Both the position numbers and the translations under genes were made by a program. A stretch of DNA of 64,000 bases from Nanobdellota archaeon (GTDB lineage Archaea; Nanobdellota; Nanobdellia; Parvarchaeales; Parvarchaeaceae). The stretch is taken from contig JAKAPK010000001.1 in assembly GCA_021807125.1 (NCBI GenBank), positions 54,354-118,353 of the forward strand, in the 5' to 3' direction. Under the pieces are notes generated by a model. The model worked only from the letters and a program-made list of their open reading frames with translations, searched no databases and was not told the origin of the DNA. Shown here piece by piece: positions 11,141 through 20,122 of this stretch; positions within the stretch are counted from its first letter, which is position 1; every line of letters starts with the position of its first letter.

Positions 11141-11575
11141 ATGACAAAAACACGCGGATTATTCAACGGAAGGATGTTGCTAAAGAGAAAGGCAAAAGTC
11201 AGATTCAGCAAGAGAAGAAGTAAGGCACATTTTATAGGCTCTTGGAGGAAATACGACCCCCTTGAAGGAGCACCGCAGGCAAAAGGCATAGTTCTTGAAA
11301 AAGTCGAAATAACTCCTAAGAAGCCATCTTCTGGTAAAAGAAAATCCTGCAAAGTGCAGCTTACTAAGAACGGAAAATCAATAACGGCATACATTCCATT
11401 CAGCAAGGGAGTCTCATTTGTCGATGAACACAATGACGTAATGGTAGAAAGGATAGGCGGAGCACAGAAGGGTGCACGCGGTGATCTCCCAGGGGTCAAA
11501 TTCATAGTCACTAAGGTTAACGGGATATCAATAAAGGAACTTGTAAAGGGCAGGAAACAGAAGCCAGTAAGGTAG
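11141..11575 (+). CDS. rps12: Ribosomal protein S12 (uS12)
   Basis: 144 aa. DPLEGAPQAKGIVLEKV.ITPKKPSSGKRK.CKVQL..NGK.ITAYIP is the classical uS12 sequence. Confidence 0.95.
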   Translation: MTKTRGLFNGRMLLKRKAKVRFSKRRSKAHFIGSWRKYDPLEGAPQAKGIVLEKVEITPKKPSSGKRKSCKVQLTKNGKSITAYIPFSKGVSFVDEHNDVMVERIGGAQKGARGDLPGVKFIVTKVNGISIKELVKGRKQKPVR

Positions 11576-11580
11576 ATCTA

Positions 11581-12276
11581 ATGGAAGAGCAAACAAACGA
11601 AAATGTGAATAAAGAGCAGCCAGTGCAAGTCCAGGAAAAGACAGAGACAAAGAAAGAGAAACATAAAGAGATTAAGGAAGAGGTCTTCAGTAACATAAAA
11701 CTTTTCGGTAAATATTCTTTGACAGCAGAAGTTAAGGATGCTGGTCTGAAAAATGTAATTGGGCTCAAGCCGCTTGTTCTCCCAAAGAGCGCAGGCAGAC
11801 TTTCTCAGCAGAGGCTTGCAAGAACTAGAGTAAACATAGTGGAACGTTTGATAGGTCACTTAATGGTACCTGGCCATAAGGGAAAGAAGCACCTTCGAAC
11901 ATCAAAAATCATGTCAGGGAGATACTACACAACGTATAAACTTGTTGAGGAAGCGTTTGAGAAAATAAGTAAAGCTGGACAGGATCCTATAGAAGTACTA
12001 ATCAGGGCAATAGAAAATTCAGCGCCAAAAGAAGAAGTGATGGGATTGCTTATCGCAGGACAGAGGCTTTCGAAACAGGTAGATGTTTCTCCTATCCGAA
12101 GAGTAGATCTTGCACTAAGATGGATTGCCCAGGGCACATTCCAATCATCGTTTTCAGGTAAAAAGGCTTCGGATGCGCTTTCTGAAGTGCTTATGTCTGC
12201 TGCACAGAACAAAGATGTGTCTTTCCCGGTATCAAAGAGGATCGACACGGAACGTCAGGCAGCATCAAGCAGATAA
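11581..12276 (+). CDS. rps7: Ribosomal protein S7 (uS7) with a ~38-aa Lys/Glu-rich N-terminal extension
   Basis: 231 aa. The conserved core starts at IKLFGKYSLTAEVKDAGLKNVIGL. There is no internal ATG/GTG/TTG between the annotated start and the core. Confidence 0.9.
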   Translation: MEEQTNENVNKEQPVQVQEKTETKKEKHKEIKEEVFSNIKLFGKYSLTAEVKDAGLKNVIGLKPLVLPKSAGRLSQQRLARTRVNIVERLIGHLMVPGHKGKKHLRTSKIMSGRYYTTYKLVEEAFEKISKAGQDPIEVLIRAIENSAPKEEVMGLLIAGQRLSKQVDVSPIRRVDLALRWIAQGTFQSSFSGKKASDALSEVLMSAAQNKDVSFPVSKRIDTERQAASSR

Positions 12277-12283
12277 ATTTAAT

Positions 12284-12808
12284 TCAAAGAATCTGTTCTA
12301 TCGTTTTTATGTACTTGCTATAGTCTACTCTGTCAGATACGGTTTTTCCGGCTATGGCAAGCTTCATCTTTTTTACAGTCTTACGCAGATTGCTTGTGTT
12401 GTCTATCTGCATAACCTTATCATGCAATTCGCACGCCTCTATATATTCGCCGTCAATCGCTTCGAATAATACGTTGTCACATATTTTTTCTTTGCTGTAT
12501 CCCCTTTTGGACAGTCTTTTAATTAGCACGTCCGGCCTACACCTTAGCACTACAAATAACCCAATCTTATTTGACGTTAAAAAGTGCGACATGTGAGACA
12601 CTATCACGCTGTTGTCCTTTAGTCCTAGCCCGACCAACTTGTTTAGTTCCGCAGGACTTATTTCCTTTGTTAAACCTCCCGAACCAAGCAATTTATTCAC
12701 GTCAACTACATTATAGCCAGTTTCACGAGAAAAAAGACTAGCTACAGAATGTTTTCCAGTACCTGGGACGCCAGTCAAAGCGATAATCATAATATAAATT
12801 CTTGTCAC
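12284..12808 (-). CDS. Adenylate kinase isoenzyme 6 / Fap7-like NTPase
   Basis: P-loop IIALTGVPGTGKHS, then VSHMSH and VLRCRPDVLIKRLSKRGYSKEKI.DN, typical of Fap7/AK6. The likely start is the ATG at 12790 (MIIALTG). Confidence 0.8.
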   Translation of the reverse strand: MTRIYIMIIALTGVPGTGKHSVASLFSRETGYNVVDVNKLLGSGGLTKEISPAELNKLVGLGLKDNSVIVSHMSHFLTSNKIGLFVVLRCRPDVLIKRLSKRGYSKEKICDNVLFEAIDGEYIEACELHDKVMQIDNTSNLRKTVKKMKLAIAGKTVSDRVDYSKYIKTIEQIL

Positions 12809-12824
12809 ACCTTATAATAAGTTT

Positions 12825-14204
12825 ATGTCATCCAGCTCAGACACACCTGATGAATATAAAATAGCAGTCGCGTTGTCGCAGGACGACAGTGACTTGGAGA
12901 AATTATTAGCTGATTATCCGAGCCTCCTAAAATACAGGAATTATCTTAATTCTAATGCGGCAAAAAAATATGGAATTCGTGGCGTATACCGCTTTTATTC
13001 AGGTCTGATAGGCGTATTAGCACCGGAACTCATAATACGCCACGGTACGGTGAAACCACACGGACTAAAATATAAAATAAAAAAAGCGATTGGGTTGCTT
13101 TCCCCGTTAAACTCAAGCACAGCCGTATACAATAAGCTGGGGAATTACACAAAAAGTGATTCAATACTTAATGGGGTAAGGGTATCCTCGCTTCTAGCCC
13201 ATTTTATGGCTTATTTCTTGCCGGCGCTATTTTTCATACCAGCGCAGCTTATGGCCGGCAATGGCGAGCAAACACTTACAGAGACCCTTCTTTCTCAGAC
13301 CGGCCTATACATGTTCTCTTCGATAGCCCTTTCTGGTTTTTTGATGGGTTCGCTCGCAAATTACGTAGTAAAAAAAGTTAGTTTTTGGAAGAGAAATAAA
13401 GTTTCGATTAGCGAAGAAGAGATATCAGAGGACTTAGCTTCATATTCAGTTGAACTTAATCGAATAGTTAACGATTATAAAATTAGATTCTCCAACGACA
13501 AAGAAACGGCAGTAACTCTAGAAGAGTTTGTCGGTCTGTACAAAATGCTGTCTTTTCCCATATCAATGAAGACAGAATGGGACATAGCTGAGACAAGAGG
13601 ACAAGAAGAAAAAACGTTAGCTTCCATAAAAAATGTTTTAAAAAAAGTGCCAAATCGGAAATCTATCAAATACTCGTTTTCTAATTCACCAAACGATGTA
13701 GGAAGCGCATTCTGGTTTAGGCCGTTTCTGGGCAGGCTTCATAAACGGAAAATAGTCGGAAAAACGACCATAAACATCAATGATGTCGGAAGCAATCTTG
13801 AGTATTCCTTATATCTTGGACACGAGTTTTCACACTTAGCCGGAGCCGCTAGCGAACCAATAGCCGAATTTTATGCGAAGAAGATATTGGAGGATCTGTC
13901 CGAAAATTACCCGCACGAAGGATATGACATGTTACGCGCAACCGAAAGATTATGCGATGTAATAAACGCATTCTACTATCTTGTAAGGGACCCAAAAAAA
14001 CTGCGTAAATCCCTAAAGAAAGCGGGCGTTCCCTTGTTCATTTTGGAAGCGTTTGACAATGATTATAACTCCATCCCAATCCAATTTTATACTTCGGAGG
14101 AAGACATATACAATCCAGATCTATTATATAAGTCATTTGTGTATTACGTATCGAAACGAGAAGAAAGGGGCGAATTAAAGTTAAAGAGGGGCATATATAG
14201 GTGA
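12825..14204 (+). CDS. Membrane protein with HExxH zinc-peptidase-like motif (DUF3810-like), copy 1
   Basis: 459 aa. Central hydrophobic helices. The C-terminal region has LGHEFSHLAGAASEPIAEFYAKK (HExxH plus a downstream E). Paralogous to the next gene. Confidence 0.6.
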   Translation: MSSSSDTPDEYKIAVALSQDDSDLEKLLADYPSLLKYRNYLNSNAAKKYGIRGVYRFYSGLIGVLAPELIIRHGTVKPHGLKYKIKKAIGLLSPLNSSTAVYNKLGNYTKSDSILNGVRVSSLLAHFMAYFLPALFFIPAQLMAGNGEQTLTETLLSQTGLYMFSSIALSGFLMGSLANYVVKKVSFWKRNKVSISEEEISEDLASYSVELNRIVNDYKIRFSNDKETAVTLEEFVGLYKMLSFPISMKTEWDIAETRGQEEKTLASIKNVLKKVPNRKSIKYSFSNSPNDVGSAFWFRPFLGRLHKRKIVGKTTININDVGSNLEYSLYLGHEFSHLAGAASEPIAEFYAKKILEDLSENYPHEGYDMLRATERLCDVINAFYYLVRDPKKLRKSLKKAGVPLFILEAFDNDYNSIPIQFYTSEEDIYNPDLLYKSFVYYVSKREERGELKLKRGIYR

Positions 14205-14233
14205 GAATTCGCTATTCACAATGCCTATGAATC

Positions 14234-14246
14234 AAAGTTTAAATAT
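14234..14246 (+). promoter_or_regulatory. Putative TATA element upstream of HExxH paralogue 2
   Basis: AAAGTTTAAATAT lies ~35-45 nt upstream of the ATG at 14280. Confidence 0.35.
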
Positions 14247-14279
14247 CTGTTGCAATATTAATTTTTTAATACAATTTAT

Positions 14280-15626
14280 ATGGTAAAGACAAAAATAAGA
14301 CTTGAACAGTTAATCCCAAACGATTATAAAACTGAATATTTGGATTACATAAACGACGCTGCCATATCCAGATACGGGATGGAGGGCGGACTAAGATTTT
14401 ACGAGGGAGTAAAGGAGACTTTCTTAGGTATGCAAGACCATACTCTCGTTAGACATCCCAACAGACCGAAGAAGACAAGTCTTCTATCAAAACTCTTAAC
14501 TATCGAACCTATACATTTTTTCCTAACTGTTTTCGACCGAACGGTGGCTAAATCGAAGCACAGGCTTCTTTCCGCATCTGCAGGCGCCTTCGCTCTTACA
14601 ACATACTTGCAAAGTATTATGTTCTCTTTAGGTGCCTTAAGTGCGCAGGCAGCGACCGGTTTGCCTATACAAGAAATTTTTAGTTCAATACCTTCTTCGG
14701 TACTTATCTCTATGTTTTTAGTAGGTCCAATTAGTTCTGCCGTCTTTATAGGCGCGGCTCAATCAACACTGGTAGGTTTTAATAAGATAAGAAATAGTGG
14801 CAAAGGAATAACACTTGAGGAAATAGAATCGGATATACAAAGATACTCCAGTGACTTTAGGAAAGTATGGGATTCTTACGTAGATAACTTTTCTAAAAAT
14901 AAGACCGAGGATCCTTCAGTAGCAGAGATAAACGGCATGTACATGCTTGTCACCACACGAGAAAGTATTTTCGCAAACAAGAACAAGCGCAACTTGAAAG
15001 TGCACGATAGATCGATACTAGATACCATAAAGAGAGTGTACAAAAAGGAGATTTCTTCAAATGTTATTTTTCATCCAGATATAAGAAATATAGGTGGGGT
15101 GACTTTATTACCATCCGTTCTTTTAGGGCTTTCAACAAGAAAATCGGATTATATTTTCGGACCGGTTATATTAAATAAGTTAAGACTATACGCGAATCCG
15201 AATTATGACGATGCACTTGCCCATGAACTAGCGCATGCGGCAGGGTTTATGTCAGAATCACGCGCAAATTATTTTGCACTTAAAGTCATGGACGAGTTAA
15301 ATCACGAGCACCCGCTTGAAGGATATGATATATACTCTTCTGTAAATAGACTATGTTTTGCAGTTTCGGCCTTATCAGATAAATTAAAGGACGAAGAGCG
15401 GTTTCAAGAGCGGCTCACCGCTTTAAGCGTGCCGAAATTCGTATTTCAGGCGATAAGATCTCCGTTTTCGCCGGAAATATCGCCTCTTCCCGGTCTAGAG
15501 GAAGCCCTTTCTGGGGAATTTGGCAAAATGAACGCCGAATTCTCAAAACAATATTCTACCAACACTTACTATGTGACTAAAAAGGTAGAAAAAGGCATGC
15601 TAAGACTCGATATGCATTCTTACTGA
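14280..15626 (+). CDS. Membrane protein with HExxH zinc-peptidase-like motif (DUF3810-like), copy 2
   Basis: 448 aa. LAHELAHAAGFMSESRANYFALKVM. It shares motifs with copy 1: RYG..G..RFY.G, P.EGYD......RLC, YYV.K..E.G.L.L. Confidence 0.6.
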   Translation: MVKTKIRLEQLIPNDYKTEYLDYINDAAISRYGMEGGLRFYEGVKETFLGMQDHTLVRHPNRPKKTSLLSKLLTIEPIHFFLTVFDRTVAKSKHRLLSASAGAFALTTYLQSIMFSLGALSAQAATGLPIQEIFSSIPSSVLISMFLVGPISSAVFIGAAQSTLVGFNKIRNSGKGITLEEIESDIQRYSSDFRKVWDSYVDNFSKNKTEDPSVAEINGMYMLVTTRESIFANKNKRNLKVHDRSILDTIKRVYKKEISSNVIFHPDIRNIGGVTLLPSVLLGLSTRKSDYIFGPVILNKLRLYANPNYDDALAHELAHAAGFMSESRANYFALKVMDELNHEHPLEGYDIYSSVNRLCFAVSALSDKLKDEERFQERLTALSVPKFVFQAIRSPFSPEISPLPGLEEALSGEFGKMNAEFSKQYSTNTYYVTKKVEKGMLRLDMHSY

Positions 15627-15665
15627 CTACCCGCACATTATCTATAAATAATAACTCTATAAACT

Positions 15666-17198
15666 ATGTATATGAACGTGGATGAAGCAGTGGCAGCACT
15701 GAGTTCGAATGATAAGCGCATACTTAAATGCCTGTCCGATAACTCAAAATATGCTGGAGACATAGCTCTTGAAATACAACTTGACAAGGCTTCAGTCCTT
15801 TCCTCTTCGAGAAAATTGCTCGAATTTGGGCTTGTAACTATCAATAACGAAGTCTCGATGGTCTATACGCTTACGGACATCGGTAGAGGTTATTTAAGCA
15901 CGGGTCTGCCGGAGCTGATAATCACTAGGAAGTTGGTTGAAAAAGGAAATGTTTCGCTTTCCGACGCCTCAAAATTAGGACTTGAAAAGGAAGAACTTAA
16001 CGCATCTATAGGCTTACTTAGAAAACAAGGCATAGTCGAACTAAAAGCAGGGACGTTGATATATGCCGGTAAAGGTGCGGAGAATATCGAGTCTAAGTCA
16101 AGGCTTTTGTTAGAGATAAATCATGGAGAGGTTCCCGCCGATACAGAAAGCATAAACGAGTTTTTGAGAAGGAAACTAATAGTAGCTAACGAAAACATAA
16201 AAGAGAGTCTTAAGATAACTTCGCTGGGTACGTCCGTGTTGCGTTCGAAAGAGTTCGATAAAGAAGTTGTTGATAAACTTACATCAGACATAATAAAGAA
16301 TTGGAAAGGCATCGCTTTTCGTAGATACTCTCTAAATGCGAGAATACCGACGCCAGTTTACGGCAAGAAACACATAACAAAACAGTTCATAAAAATGCTC
16401 AGGGAAAATCTTACTGCGATGGGCTTCGAGGAGATGCAGAGTAACTACGCCGAGGCCAGTTTTTGGAATTTTGACGTTATGCTTTTTAAGCAGGATCACC
16501 CGGACAGGGACATACAGGATACGGTTTACCTCGACGGAAGAGTTAATAACCTTCCTCCAGAGCTTCTTTCAAAGGTGAAAAACGTGTATGAAAATGGCTT
16601 CAAAAGAAATTCAAAAGATTTTTCTGTAGGCTATCGTATGCCTTTTGATGAAAAGAAAAGCAGGGTCCTAATAATGCGTGCACACACGACAGCGACTACC
16701 TTTAGGTATTTTTACGATAAAATATCAAAGAATAAGGATAAACCTGCAAGATACTTTTCGATAAGCAAAGTGTTTCGCAACGAAACTTTGGATCCAACCC
16801 ATCTGCCAGAGTTTTACCAGATTGAAGGGATAGTGTATGACGACGGGCTCACAGTATCGGATTTGAAGAGCTACATAACGGAGTTCTATAAACGAATGGG
16901 GATAGACAAGATAAGGATTAAACCCACTTATAACCCTTACACGGAGCCCAGTCTAGAGATACAGGCATTCAGTCCAAAGCTAAACAGATGGCTAGAGGTA
17001 GGTAATTCCGGAATGTTCAGACCAGAGACTTTGGAGCCGTTCGGGATAAAAAAGAACATAATAGCATGGGGATTTGCATTGGAAAGGCCCCTATCACTTC
17101 TGCTTGCAACGAACGACCTAAGGCTTATCTACGGCGCGTTTTCAGATTTAGACCTGCTTAGAGAAATAGAGTACGCAAGGCTCTCTAGGAAACTCTGA
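15666..17198 (+). CDS. pheS: Phenylalanyl-tRNA synthetase alpha subunit
   Basis: 510 aa. Class II motifs FRNETLDPTHLPEFYQIEG and GFALERP. N-terminal winged-helix repeats. Confidence 0.9.
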   Translation: MYMNVDEAVAALSSNDKRILKCLSDNSKYAGDIALEIQLDKASVLSSSRKLLEFGLVTINNEVSMVYTLTDIGRGYLSTGLPELIITRKLVEKGNVSLSDASKLGLEKEELNASIGLLRKQGIVELKAGTLIYAGKGAENIESKSRLLLEINHGEVPADTESINEFLRRKLIVANENIKESLKITSLGTSVLRSKEFDKEVVDKLTSDIIKNWKGIAFRRYSLNARIPTPVYGKKHITKQFIKMLRENLTAMGFEEMQSNYAEASFWNFDVMLFKQDHPDRDIQDTVYLDGRVNNLPPELLSKVKNVYENGFKRNSKDFSVGYRMPFDEKKSRVLIMRAHTTATTFRYFYDKISKNKDKPARYFSISKVFRNETLDPTHLPEFYQIEGIVYDDGLTVSDLKSYITEFYKRMGIDKIRIKPTYNPYTEPSLEIQAFSPKLNRWLEVGNSGMFRPETLEPFGIKKNIIAWGFALERPLSLLLATNDLRLIYGAFSDLDLLREIEYARLSRKL

Positions 17199-17199
17199 T

Positions 17200-18849
17200 A
17201 TGGTAGTCATAAACAGCTCTATAGACGAAATGAACGGCTTGTTGGGAGCAAAACTGACATTAAAAGATTATCAAGACATATCTTTCAAGTACGGGCTTGA
17301 TCTGGAAAGCGACGGAGAATACCTAAATTTTGAATTGACTTCGGACAGGACGGAGCTAATATCAAAATACGCATTGGCATTTCTTTTAGCACAGTTTTTT
17401 GGTTCTAACGTAAAAAGACACGATAAGCTTTCCTTAACCAAGGATAAGAACATAATTATAAAAAAAACTGATAGGACATTTGTAAATATATTAAGAGTTA
17501 AACTCGGAAAGCCAATAGGCAACGCGCTAAAAGATTTGATTGGAATAGAAGAAAAATTGGATTTTGTAGTTGGTAGAAAAAGAGCCTCCGCGGCAATCGG
17601 GATGTTTGATGTTTCAAAAATAAAATTCCCGATAACTTATTCTGAGGTTGATAAGAGTGATGTTAACTTTGTGCCATTAGGCAAGACGGAGACGCAGAAC
17701 TATAAAGAAATAATTAATGGAACAGAGCAGGGAAGGACTTATTCCTCTTTAGTCGGTACAAAAGCAGTTGTGTGGCTCGATTCGAAAGGCAGGATTTTTG
17801 CGATGCCGCCGATAATAAATGCTGATTTCTCTTCTATAACAGAAGATACAAAAGAGATACTTTTAGATATAACCGGGCCGAGCAGAAGTGCAGTAAATAC
17901 TCTTACAAAATCATTGATTTTTAATCTGCAATTCTTTGGAGAGGTCACAGTAATACAACCTTCCCAAGCATCAGGTTCCATAGACACCAAACTGTCGTTT
18001 GAGCAGGCCAATTTCAGTTTGGACACAGATTATGTTAAGAGAACGCTCGGAATCGACGTGCGCATTGCAGATTTAGTCAAAGTATTGAAATCCGCGGATT
18101 ATAAGGTTTCCATATCAAACAAGAATTTGGTTGTGACTCCAAAATTCTATAGACAGGACGTTATACATCAAGTCGACATATTAGATGACATACTTAGGTT
18201 TTTAGGTGTAGACAAACTATCGACCCCACCAATACGTACGTATACCGCGGGCAAAAAACTAGACGGAACGCATGCCCAAGATGATATAAGGGATACTCTA
18301 ATCGGCTTGGGCTATGAGGAAATGGACCTAAACGTACTTACAAACAAGTCTACCCAACTTGAAAAGACGGCGGTAAAATCAACAGATTACGCCGGAGTAA
18401 TAGAGTCCAAGAGCGGAGAAATTAATATGGTAAGATTGAATCTTTTTCCAGAAATGTTACGATTCATATCAAACAATATGCACAAGAGGTTTCCACAAAA
18501 CCTGTTTGAGATAGGTACAATAATAAAAGCGGAAAACTGTGATGTATCGTTTAAAAACAGAATCAAACTATGTATCGTCTCCTGCAGTGAAGTTTCAAAT
18601 CTAAGTGTCGTAAGACTTGCGCTTGAACAGGCGTTAAAGAATTGCGCAGAAATAAAGGATATATCACTGGATGAAAGCGAGTATTTACAGCCGGTTAGAG
18701 ATGCTTTTATAGACGGCAGGGTAGGGGCAGTCAGAATAAAAGATAAGGACGTAGGTTTCATCGGAGAAGTGCATCCACATGTACTAAACAATTTTAGACT
18801 AGAACTGCCAGTATCTGTTGCAGAGATATTTTTAGACGAAATATTATGA
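17200..18849 (+). CDS. pheT: Phenylalanyl-tRNA synthetase beta subunit
   Basis: 549 aa. Starts immediately after pheS. B3/4 and B5-like regions. Length is typical of archaeal PheT. Confidence 0.85.
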   Translation: MVVINSSIDEMNGLLGAKLTLKDYQDISFKYGLDLESDGEYLNFELTSDRTELISKYALAFLLAQFFGSNVKRHDKLSLTKDKNIIIKKTDRTFVNILRVKLGKPIGNALKDLIGIEEKLDFVVGRKRASAAIGMFDVSKIKFPITYSEVDKSDVNFVPLGKTETQNYKEIINGTEQGRTYSSLVGTKAVVWLDSKGRIFAMPPIINADFSSITEDTKEILLDITGPSRSAVNTLTKSLIFNLQFFGEVTVIQPSQASGSIDTKLSFEQANFSLDTDYVKRTLGIDVRIADLVKVLKSADYKVSISNKNLVVTPKFYRQDVIHQVDILDDILRFLGVDKLSTPPIRTYTAGKKLDGTHAQDDIRDTLIGLGYEEMDLNVLTNKSTQLEKTAVKSTDYAGVIESKSGEINMVRLNLFPEMLRFISNNMHKRFPQNLFEIGTIIKAENCDVSFKNRIKLCIVSCSEVSNLSVVRLALEQALKNCAEIKDISLDESEYLQPVRDAFIDGRVGAVRIKDKDVGFIGEVHPHVLNNFRLELPVSVAEIFLDEIL

Positions 18850-19280
18850 ACTGCGAGCTTTGTGGATTTAACGACAAAAAATTCTTTGAAGTTGACATAG
18901 AAGGCTCAAAGATGGTGGTCTGCACAGAATGCGCAAAATCCGGTAAAGTGATCAAGGAGCTGTCAGATGAAAGCGCACCAGTAATAAAATCGGAGCGCGA
19001 AGTTTCTTTTGTAACCGATTACGAAAAAGTTCTTTCTAGCGCGGCGGCAGGAAAACACATAACCGTTGCAGAAATAGCCGATAAGCTAAAAGAATCTCCT
19101 TCAACATTAGATAAGATTTTCTCAGGTAAGATATTACCAAGCGAGGAGCTGTCTAGAAAACTGGAGAAACTATTAGATATTAAGTTGTTTGAATCAATAA
19201 CTTACAAGCAAAAAACGAAGGCGAAGGACGCCAATCTTACAATAGGCGACGTAGTAGAAATAAAGCACAAGCAGAGGTAG
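18846..19280 (+). CDS. Archaeal MBF1-like protein (N-terminal Zn ribbon plus C-terminal HTH)
   Basis: 144 aa. CELCG...18 residues...CTECAK Zn ribbon. The HTH segment ITVAEIADKLKESPSTLDKIFSGKILPSEELSRKLEKLL is XRE-like. ATGA overlap with pheT. Confidence 0.7.
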   Translation: MNCELCGFNDKKFFEVDIEGSKMVVCTECAKSGKVIKELSDESAPVIKSEREVSFVTDYEKVLSSAAAGKHITVAEIADKLKESPSTLDKIFSGKILPSEELSRKLEKLLDIKLFESITYKQKTKAKDANLTIGDVVEIKHKQR

Positions 19281-19353
19281 CGAAGCGGTCAAACGCGTAA
19301 GGCTTAGGACCTTATGGCTCAGGCCTTCGTGGGTTCAAATCCCACCCTCTGCA
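19271..19353 (+). tRNA. tRNA-Leu (anticodon TAG)
   Basis: Hand-folded. Acceptor GCAGAGG/CCTCTGC plus discriminator A. Anticodon arm TAAGG-CTTAGGA-CCTTA. Long variable arm. T arm GTGGG-TTCAAAT-CCCAC. No encoded CCA. Confidence 0.85.
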
Positions 19354-19354
19354 A

Positions 19355-19360
19355 TTTTTT
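19355..19360 (+). terminator. Oligo-T tract after tRNA-Leu
   Basis: TTTTTT starts 2 nt after the tRNA 3' end. Archaeal RNAP terminates at oligo-T runs. Confidence 0.4.
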
Positions 19361-19418
19361 ACAAAGACGTTAACCTCTATGGACTTAGAAAGGGACATTA
19401 TATTATAAAAATAACTTT

Positions 19419-19934
19419 TTAAGTTATTTTTAGATCTGTATATCTAGATTTTATAGTTTCTGAAGACTTCTCATTCAATTTTATCGTTTTTATCCCTACA
19501 GTGTCTAAGAACTTCACGCAACCTTCGCATGCCCTATAGTGACCTATCAAATAGAGAGTTGCGCCGCTGAGCTTATTAAGTTCTTCTTCCGAAAAAGCTG
19601 CACGAATGTCGCTTTCTGATAAGCTCAAATGGCTCGCGTACTTTCCAAGTTCAGAGTAGTTTCTGTCCTTGCGGATTCCCAGTGCCGCGACAACTTCCGC
19701 GTGGATCGGCTTGCACAGTTCATAATTTTTACCGGTCTTAATTGCCATTCTCGGGCAGCATGAAAATTTTTCCCTATAATCGTATCCTTCAGGAGCGCAG
19801 AAGTTACAGCCGACAGATAAGACTTCATTGTCCTTGATTATAGCGGCAGCAGTCTGTGTCTTTAGGCAGGTAGAACTTGACAATATCTCATCCAATTTTT
19901 TCCATATAGCTTCATCAGAAAGCCCCCTCATCAT
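19419..19934 (-). CDS. Cytidine/deoxycytidylate deaminase-fold protein (divergent dCMP deaminase-like)
   Basis: 171 aa. CKPIHAEVVAAL (HAE zinc/catalytic motif) and LIGHYRACEGC (a variant of PCxxC). Extra Cys cluster CNFCAPEGYDY...CCPR. Confidence 0.6.
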   Translation of the reverse strand: MMRGLSDEAIWKKLDEILSSSTCLKTQTAAAIIKDNEVLSVGCNFCAPEGYDYREKFSCCPRMAIKTGKNYELCKPIHAEVVAALGIRKDRNYSELGKYASHLSLSESDIRAAFSEEELNKLSGATLYLIGHYRACEGCVKFLDTVGIKTIKLNEKSSETIKSRYTDLKIT

Positions 19935-20067
19935 AATATCCAGTTAGAGATATTCTGTAGTATAAAAAGCTTATTTGAGTCCGCAAATGCTGGTATTAAT
20001 AATCGACATCGTCGATTTTACGCTTTTTATTATGTATACGTGGTCTTAGCACCTTCAAATTAAGGAT

Positions 20068-20079
20068 TTAAATATATAA
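20068..20079 (+). promoter_or_regulatory. Putative TATA box for sepF, with SD-like GAGAGGTG at 20111-20118
   Basis: TTTAAATATATA lies ~45 nt upstream of the ATG at 20123. GAGAGGTG sits 4 nt before the ATG. Confidence 0.4.
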
Positions 20080-20122
20080 TTGTTATCTATAGTATAGTAA
20101 AATAACTAATGAGAGGTGCGCT

